Origin: a phage
Reading direction: 5' to 3' (one strand)
DNA: 64,000 bases
Assembly: GCA_028522875.1 (NCBI GenBank)
Contig: GCA_028522875.1_3659.1
The notes beneath the pieces were generated by a model. The model worked only from the letters and a program-made list of their open reading frames with translations, was not told the origin of the DNA and ran no database searches. Below, in pieces: positions 58,379 through 64,000 of this stretch. The position numbers were made by a program, and so were the translations under genes. Position 1 is the first letter of the stretch. The number at the start of each line of letters is the position of its first letter.

Positions 58379-59604
58379 TGAGCGTTATTCAACAATTCGC
58401 TAACCCGATGAATCCGCGTGAAACTGTTTTACTGGCTCACGGTATGATCAAGCGTGTTAGCATCAAACCTATTAAAGGGGCTGATCCTGCAACAGGTATT
58501 AAAACCACCGTGTGGCAAGGTAAGAAAATTGAATCCAGCCACACCATCTCTTTACTGATTTCTGAACTGGATTCCTCTGATAACCTGCTTCAAGGTGGCG
58601 AAGAAGTCTGGATCAGCATGGGTGATAAGCTGCTTAAACCGGGTCATCAAGACTCTGTCTCTGTTAAGATTGATGACAAGTGGGAAACCGTAACACCAGG
58701 ATGGATCGTAAATATCCCTTTGAAGGCAAACGAGCATAACGGTAAGACCTATTACAAAGGCTCACTGGCTAAGATGGTCAAGCTGGGTGCAGGAGAGGCT
58801 CCAGCAGCGACTCAGCAGCAAAAACAGCAACAAGGTGCACAATCACAAGGTCAGAAGCAGAAACCTCAGCAGAATGCCAATCAGGACGTTTTACGCATCT
58901 ATGGCGATGTGACTCAGATTGTTGGCAACGTGGTTACTGTTAATGACCACAAGATCGGCGAAGGTGCTATGGTTGTCACGGATGAGCAGCTTAAAGACCT
59001 GGTGGTAGGTGGTCGTGTTGCAGCCATTGTTGACAAAGCCACCGGAAACATTATCAGTGGTTTCAAAGCCTATCCACCTAAGGCAGAGAACGGCACCCAA
59101 GGTTCTGGTGGCAAGCGTAAATCCTCTTACGACCCTATCGGTGTGGAGACGGGGCATAGCATCAATGCGTTGCAGATCATCCTGGATCGCGGGTTTAAGG
59201 TAGACGACCCACTAGGCGTGGCTAAAACACTGCACGTAGTCACCATTGAGCTTAAGAAAGAGTATGCTCAAGCCACCAACCGAACTGAAGATGAAGTAGG
59301 TGCCAGTGTCGGTAATGCGGTGTTGAACGCTTGTCGCCGTATTAACAAGAAAACGAAAGTTGATGATTTTGCAGCGGCAATTACTGCAGAAGCAAAAGAT
59401 GTCTTGACTAATCTGGCTGAGCCGTTGTACGATTGGATCAAGAACGGTTCTGGGTCCACTGACCATCAAGAACCCCAAGCTGCCAAACAGGAAGCAGCTC
59501 CACAGCAAAACACTGTAGACGCTCCTCCTGTAAATGATGAGGAAGATGACCCAATGGATCAGAATCCAGCACAGTACTCCTTTGATGATGACATCCCTTT
59601 TTAA
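58378..59604 (+). CDS. SSB-like protein with Gln-rich linker and bacterial-SSB-type acidic C-terminal tip (DDDIPF)
   Basis: 408 aa; RBS aaggag; linker ATQQQKQQQGAQSQGQKQKPQQ; C-terminus ...DEEDDPMDQNPAQYSFDDDIPF ends like E. coli SSB (DDDIPF); in replication gene neighbourhood. Confidence 0.5.
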   Translation: MSVIQQFANPMNPRETVLLAHGMIKRVSIKPIKGADPATGIKTTVWQGKKIESSHTISLLISELDSSDNLLQGGEEVWISMGDKLLKPGHQDSVSVKIDDKWETVTPGWIVNIPLKANEHNGKTYYKGSLAKMVKLGAGEAPAATQQQKQQQGAQSQGQKQKPQQNANQDVLRIYGDVTQIVGNVVTVNDHKIGEGAMVVTDEQLKDLVVGGRVAAIVDKATGNIISGFKAYPPKAENGTQGSGGKRKSSYDPIGVETGHSINALQIILDRGFKVDDPLGVAKTLHVVTIELKKEYAQATNRTEDEVGASVGNAVLNACRRINKKTKVDDFAAAITAEAKDVLTNLAEPLYDWIKNGSGSTDHQEPQAAKQEAAPQQNTVDAPPVNDEEDDPMDQNPAQYSFDDDIPF

Positions 59605-59619
59605 CAATTAGTTAACATA

Positions 59620-59647
59620 GCCCTGCCCGAAAGGGTGGGGCATTTTT
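59620..59647 (+). terminator. rho-independent terminator (copy 2 of repeated element)
   Basis: gccctgcccgaaagggtggggc hairpin followed by attttt; identical to 48229-48250. Confidence 0.55.
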
Positions 59648-59665
59648 GTATAAGGAGATCTGAAA

Positions 59666-60082
59666 ATGACATTAGAAGATATCATTGTTAAACCTGAGAA
59701 CTATGACCAATACAACCTGTCAACTCAATCTGTAGACCTTGGATGCGCCACGGTCAGTGCGTGGCTGGTTAACGGAAAAGAGCTAGATAAATGCTTAGAA
59801 GCTCACATGTCTATTAACAAGTTTCTGGATGAAAATACTCACTGGCTTGAGGGTGCAGGAGTATATGCTTCATGGTTGGAGAGTATGGGATTCGACTACC
59901 AATCTGAAGAAGGGTGGTGGAGCTATTTAGCTATCTGCCCAGAGACGCTGCAATGCTTCATGAAATATTCTGAAGATTTGGAGTACCGGGCGGTGGTTGA
60001 TAGTGCTATTGCCCGTTATAGCCGTAAACCTTTTTCCCACGACATTAAAACTGTGGAAGAGTTTGTTGAAGTTTTCTGTTGA
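59666..60082 (+). CDS. hypothetical protein
   Basis: 138 aa; RBS aaggag. Confidence 0.45.
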   Translation: MTLEDIIVKPENYDQYNLSTQSVDLGCATVSAWLVNGKELDKCLEAHMSINKFLDENTHWLEGAGVYASWLESMGFDYQSEEGWWSYLAICPETLQCFMKYSEDLEYRAVVDSAIARYSRKPFSHDIKTVEEFVEVFC

Positions 60083-60178
60083 CACAGGCTGAAAGGTGTG
60101 CAATTATAACTTCATAGAACGGGAGGACGTGATGAACGAAGAAAACTGGGATGTATAACTAACAGGAGGCCACTGCCC

Positions 60179-60376
60179 ATGATTTATCGAATCCGTGTAA
60201 GAGAAGATGCACCAGGCTGTTACTTTGACTGGCGTGGGTGGTGGTTTCTACACCCAATGGATGGACTCACAGATAGAATGCTGGATGCTGCCCTTTATAC
60301 AGATACCGACATAGAATATAATCTCTATCTGAAGGACGGTATAGATAACGGCCTGTTTGAAGCAATTCCTGTGTAA
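60179..60376 (+). CDS. hypothetical small protein
   Basis: 65 aa; RBS ggagg. Confidence 0.4.
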   Translation: MIYRIRVREDAPGCYFDWRGWWFLHPMDGLTDRMLDAALYTDTDIEYNLYLKDGIDNGLFEAIPV

Positions 60377-60444
60377 GAGACTGTGATAGCTATGTTTTAT
60401 GATCTTCCTGTAGCACCACCACCTGTTGAACCCGGAGAACTAAG

Positions 60445-60870
60445 ATGATCTATGAAATGCCAAAACTGATTCGTGACGATGCCCAAAACGCCCACACCTT
60501 TATCATGGGCAAGCGCATGGATATTATTTGTCATAAAGATTTCTGGGAAGGGAGTTACTTCACGGAATATTTTGGTAAACTGGATAATGGTCTGCTGATC
60601 CAGTTCTACACCGATGCGGAAAACAATATCTGCTGGGAGTTCGAAACTGAAGATATCCATAAACTTTTCACCTTCCTAGGTATTAAGGTTGAGGCCAAGT
60701 TCGAAGAAGGTGAGTGCGACGATTGTGGATTCTACGAGGTAACAGATTTCTATCTCCCAAGTGGTGAGAACCTTTACTATGAAAGCCACTTCGGCAACTC
60801 AAATATGCCACAAGGTTGGGATGAGTTTTTTGAAATTGTGGAAGAGGAGCTGGCATACCGTGATTATTGA
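60445..60870 (+). CDS. hypothetical protein
   Basis: 141 aa; RBS ggagaac. Confidence 0.45.
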   Translation: MIYEMPKLIRDDAQNAHTFIMGKRMDIICHKDFWEGSYFTEYFGKLDNGLLIQFYTDAENNICWEFETEDIHKLFTFLGIKVEAKFEEGECDDCGFYEVTDFYLPSGENLYYESHFGNSNMPQGWDEFFEIVEEELAYRDY

Positions 60871-61318
60871 TACTGTAGAGGGAGATTTAATCTCCCTTTT
60901 TAAGAGCGGCGCTGGTCACCTGATCCACGGTTGTAACTGCTTCCACACAATGGGCAAGGGGATAGCAAAACAGATTGCCCGTGAGTTCCCTCAAGCATTG
61001 GCAGCTGACAAAGAGACCAGACATGGTTGCCTAAGTAAACTGGGTGCGTTCTCCCGATGGGAGCACTTATCTCCGAGAGGTATTGTCTACGGAATCAATC
61101 TGTATACTCAGTTCTACCCAGGACCTAATGCTGAATATTTCTCAATCCTGAAAGGCTTTGAGCTAGTCAATGAGGTATTCAGTGGATCGACTTTACCATT
61201 CTACATCCCTAAGATCGGGTGCGGCATAGGCGGTTTGAAGTGGGAGCACGTAGAGGACGTTATTAACCTTGCCACTTTTGATATGGATATTATCGTGGTG
61301 GAGTACAAAAAGTGTTGA
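60860..61318 (+). CDS. macro-domain-like protein (ADP-ribose binding/processing), tentative
   Basis: GTG 60860 after gaagaggag; motif HLIHGCNCFHTMGKGIAKQIAREFP resembles macro domain glycine-rich loop (hG.N....MG.GiA ... P). Confidence 0.45.
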   Translation: MIIDTVEGDLISLFKSGAGHLIHGCNCFHTMGKGIAKQIAREFPQALAADKETRHGCLSKLGAFSRWEHLSPRGIVYGINLYTQFYPGPNAEYFSILKGFELVNEVFSGSTLPFYIPKIGCGIGGLKWEHVEDVINLATFDMDIIVVEYKKC

Positions 61319-61361
61319 CAGCTGGTTTTTGAGACGGTATAGTCACCACAACGATTGAGAG

Positions 61362-61541
61362 AGGGAGCACTATGGAGACTAAAATCTTAATTCTGGCTGT
61401 GATAGATACAACCGAAGGGGCTGTGTTCGAATCTGCAGGAGGGTATTTCTACCTACCTTACGGAAAAAGAACTGCTGAACCAGGTAAAGATTCAATCATC
61501 AAAGTGTTCCCGTGTGCTTTCTGGCTGGAGATTTTGGTATA
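61362..61541 (+). CDS. small hypothetical protein (59 aa)
   Basis: ATG 61362 with RBS gagagggag; below track cutoff; found manually. Confidence 0.3.
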
Positions 61542-61568
61542 AGATTGCAGAGGATTTGGGAGAGAATT

Positions 61569-61763
61569 ATGAGAAACAAGAGAGAGCTTTACTCTGGCGA
61601 GTGGATCAACGATCAACAAGTCGGAGAGGTAACCTGCTTCCGGTGTTTTACTCGGTACAATCTTAAAACTGCACCAAAAAGTGTTCCAAAGACTGATGGT
61701 TATTACATAAAAGAACCTCATTGCCCAAAATGTAAATGCCGATTGTGCTGGAGCAATCTATAA
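61569..61763 (+). CDS. small Cys-rich zinc-ribbon protein
   Basis: ATG 61569 after gggagag; CFRCF ... CPKCKCRLC. Confidence 0.4.
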   Translation: MRNKRELYSGEWINDQQVGEVTCFRCFTRYNLKTAPKSVPKTDGYYIKEPHCPKCKCRLCWSNL

Positions 61764-61826
61764 GAGGTTGACATCTGAAAACTGCAGTGTATAGTATACG
61801 CATAAACTAAAAGAGAGCGATGTATT

Positions 61827-62018
61827 ATGGTAATTTTTAACCGGGATGGTATCATAGTTAGACAGCACCCGTTCCTTGAATACTATCAAATTGAGCAATG
61901 GTGCTACGGAGATTGCAGTCACTCCTATGGGCAAAGTTGGGGATATCGCACAGTTTTTGAATCAACAGACCTTGACAAAGTAAGACAGAAAGTTTTAGAA
62001 CTTATTAACAACAAGTGA
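61827..62018 (+). CDS. hypothetical small protein
   Basis: 63 aa; RBS agagag. Confidence 0.4.
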   Translation: MVIFNRDGIIVRQHPFLEYYQIEQWCYGDCSHSYGQSWGYRTVFESTDLDKVRQKVLELINNK

Positions 62019-62027
62019 GTATGATAT

Positions 62028-62360
62028 ATGGTAACATTAGAAAGACGTAAAGCTATCGCCGCCACACTGGCAGACATCTTTTGGGATTGCAACTTAAAAG
62101 ATACCAGAAATTGTGGCGCATCTGTAGATGTATTATTCCCACGGCCCACCATTGTTGCAATGGGAAACCTGTTAAACGTAGTGTACGGAGCATGGGACAA
62201 AGAAGGTGGATTCTATATCTGGCAACCTGACTACGGAGCCTGGAAAGAGGTAAGGGGTACGGTTGACTTTGGGCCTACAAGTGCTAAGATGGATGGCTGG
62301 GAAATTTATGTTGGAAACGACATGAAGCTGAAAGGCGAGATTGTTTACTGGTTGCCTTAA
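62028..62360 (+). CDS. hypothetical protein
   Basis: 110 aa; consecutive with neighbours on + strand. Confidence 0.4.
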   Translation: MVTLERRKAIAATLADIFWDCNLKDTRNCGASVDVLFPRPTIVAMGNLLNVVYGAWDKEGGFYIWQPDYGAWKEVRGTVDFGPTSAKMDGWEIYVGNDMKLKGEIVYWLP

Positions 62361-62419
62361 GAACGTGCAGGAGATAAAGTATAAACAAAGGGTGGACATT
62401 CGTAGACGGCGTTAAAAAC

Positions 62420-62626
62420 ATGCCTCTTGGAAAGTATATTGTAGCCATGGCAGATGAGAATGGCAAGGTGGATTTCGGAGTTTGCGAGGTTGTTCTTGCA
62501 GGATCTGGCGACTATGTGCACAAAACTGGGATAATTAACGGTCATTTCTACTTTGATTACAACCCTGTTGTGGCGTATATGGCTATGCCAGAGTTTAAGT
62601 TCCCAAAGGATGGTGCTGATGTTTAA
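62420..62626 (+). CDS. hypothetical small protein
   Basis: 68 aa; stop overlaps next start (ATGTTTAA). Confidence 0.4.
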   Translation: MPLGKYIVAMADENGKVDFGVCEVVLAGSGDYVHKTGIINGHFYFDYNPVVAYMAMPEFKFPKDGADV

Positions 62627-62816
62627 GCTTAAATCCGCATGGAACATTGCTGTAGGTGACGAGATCCGTATTCCAGGTGGAGAAACTATTATGAAGATAT
62701 CTCGTATCGAGTATGAAGGTGACCGTGTATTCCACATCTTTGCAGAAGATGGTCGAGAAATTTATATACAGGCAGGCTCTCACATCTATATTTGTAAGAA
62801 AGGGGACGACAAATGA
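62619..62816 (+). CDS. hypothetical small protein
   Basis: ATG 62619 (MFKLKSAW) after aaggatgg; track start 62553 less likely. Confidence 0.4.
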   Translation: MFKLKSAWNIAVGDEIRIPGGETIMKISRIEYEGDRVFHIFAEDGREIYIQAGSHIYICKKGDDK

Positions 62817-63145
62817 CAGAGATCATCGTTTCAACTGCAGGGTATGTATTCCTGACAATCATTGCGCTGGCTATTCTGGTGGCGGTGTATGGATTTGTTA
62901 TCCTGCCTATTCTTGAGACATTTAGTTTGTGTCGGTGTTGGAGAAAAGCTTACGGACCACAACCGTGGAAAGACTGGTTCCATTTGGTGCGTATAGCGTT
63001 CTCTTATGCCTATGACCACTCTAGCAGTGCATGCGTAACCGGGTACCATGCCTACAACTGGAACTGGGAAGGGTTAGGGAGATGGACTGTTACAAAAACT
63101 ATACCCTTACGGTTGTACAAAGGAAAGAACACACTGGGAGCCTGA
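62813..63145 (+). CDS. small membrane protein
   Basis: 110 aa; ATGA overlap; hydrophobic N-terminal segment GYVFLTIIALAILVAVYGFVILPI. Confidence 0.45.
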   Translation: MTEIIVSTAGYVFLTIIALAILVAVYGFVILPILETFSLCRCWRKAYGPQPWKDWFHLVRIAFSYAYDHSSSACVTGYHAYNWNWEGLGRWTVTKTIPLRLYKGKNTLGA

Positions 63146-63174
63146 TATTTTAAGTTATCAGGTTGCCAGAGATC

Positions 63175-63212
63175 AGGAGGATTTCTAAAATGGATTTCCT
63201 CCTTTTGATATT
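63175..63212 (+). terminator. candidate terminator after last gene of rightward block
   Basis: aggagga ... tcctcct inverted repeat (large loop) followed by tttgatatttt. Confidence 0.3.
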
Positions 63213-63457
63213 TTACCTGCCATGATATTTTAAAATCCTTAGAAAATCAGAAAATGGATCGAAAACTAAAATGGATTTTTCAGAGTAGGCGCGACAAGCT
63301 GAATCACTCATCCTATCGTTTGCACCATATTCCAGACCACCATTACAGATTTCCCGCACATGCTTACATCTCGCTACTAGAACTTCCTCCACTCACCCTT
63401 GACCTTTTATAGCAATAATCCAACCACTATCTTGAAGTTGCGGTGCAGCTTTCCAGG

Positions 63458-63633
63458 TACTCGATCTGTTTTTCGTTTCAAATATTGAATTTTCTGAAAA
63501 TTTTTCTCGATAAATTTCTCAGTACTCGATCTGTTTTTCGTTTTCTGAATCGGATTTTCTGGAAATCGTTCCGGATCTCGACCTGAAATTTTTGGGGACG
63601 AAATCGATTTTTCGTTTTCAGAAATGGATTTTT
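63458..63633. repeat. iteron-like direct repeats in non-coding AT-rich region
   Basis: gtactcgatctgtttttcgttt at 63458-63479 and 63523-63544, related cgatttttcgttttc at 63605-63619; recurring aaatggattt units at 63190, 63254, 63271, 63622. Confidence 0.55.
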
Positions 63634-63740
63634 AAAATTTGTATATGGAAATATTTTAGGAGGTATTATTTTATATAGAATTGTCACGGTAGGTAATTAG
63701 CATGCTAACTAAATTTATGAAATGCGAAAAGTTCTCATTT

Positions 63741-63950
63741 AGAACTTTGAATGATAATCATTCTCGTTTGCAGAATAACGGGCAGGCCCGGTGATTGTCT
63801 CCCGGCCCCTGTTGCCCCGGCTTGTTATTATAGTATCACGCAGGACAAAGAAGGCAAGGATTTTTTGCATAAATTTTTAAATGATAATGATAACCGTTCT
63901 CATTTTATGCATCGCCCATCCCCGGTGGTTGTCTCCCCCGTCACCGGTGC
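63741..63950. repeat. two related ~75-nt units with GC-rich hairpin cores
   Basis: Both units carry aatgataat ... ttctc ... cccggtg(a/g)ttgtctccc ... ccgg; no ORF; located at window end. Confidence 0.45.
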
Positions 63951-64000
63951 CTGCCGTCCTTTCGATAGGTATATTGTGCCACCTGGCGGGGTCGCTGTCA

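Noticed and set aside
61400-61440. tRNA-like T-loop sequence GTTCGAATC
   Set aside because: No complementary T-stem, acceptor stem or anticodon arm could be built around it; it lies inside a small ORF.
62172-62737. Minus-strand ORFs (75 and 126 aa) overlapping the small + strand genes at 62.0-62.8 kb
   Set aside because: The + strand genes form a tight series with RBSs and coupled stops and starts; minus ORFs lack these signals.
63458-63633. Possible CRISPR array suggested by spaced direct repeats
   Set aside because: Only two to three imperfect AT-rich repeats with irregular spacing, no cas genes, and repeat sequence unlike CRISPR repeats; better explained as iterons or packaging/origin repeats.
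63478-63687. 69-aa minus-strand ORF in the terminal repeat region
   Set aside because: Translation is low-complexity and derived from the direct repeats; no RBS; region is better interpreted as non-coding.
1-64000. Prophage integration or lysogeny module (integrase, repressor, att sites)
   Set aside because: No integrase/recombinase-like ORF or CI-like repressor was recognised; the window looks like a lytic phage genome segment, though the repeat region at the 3' end is unexplained.

Overview
This window reads as a contiguous piece of a tailed dsDNA bacteriophage genome with no integrase, rRNA, tRNA or CRISPR. All calls rest on reading ORFs and motifs by eye; no database search was run. Three blocks are visible. 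(1) 1-30.3 kb, + strand: a late structural module with baseplate proteins (central spike with a C-terminal HxH apex, gp25/W-like, baseplate J-like, gpI-like), an embedded lambda/GTA-like tail-tip set (NlpC/P60-like peptidase plus a 1.2 kb J-like host-specificity protein), several very large fibre/adhesin genes (1481, 865, 690, 581 and 1878 aa), a duplicated ~346 aa fibre-tip gene and a Tfa-like chaperone. (2) 30.3-37.4 kb, - strand: a leftward accessory block of about 14 genes bounded by a bidirectional terminator and a divergent promoter region, including an HNH endonuclease, a vWA/metallopeptidase-like protein, three tandem 87 aa paralogs and a HAD phosphatase. (3) 37.4-63.1 kb, + strand: an early/replication block with a MoxR-like AAA+ ATPase, SleB-like secreted hydrolase, rIIA-like GHKL ATPase, Dda-like helicase, C5-methyltransferase-like protein, Toprim primase-helicase, a T7-like family A DNA polymerase, tandem small paralogs, an SSB-like protein ending in DDDIPF and a macro-domain-like protein. 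The strongest candidate for something new is the DNA polymerase gene, which appears to carry both an intein (53178-54146) and an ORF-less group I intron (54558-54833) splitting motif C. Other leads are a 29-nt exact inverted repeat covering two start codons, a separated MoxR/vWA-peptidase pair, and a repeat-rich non-coding region at 63.15-64.0 kb.
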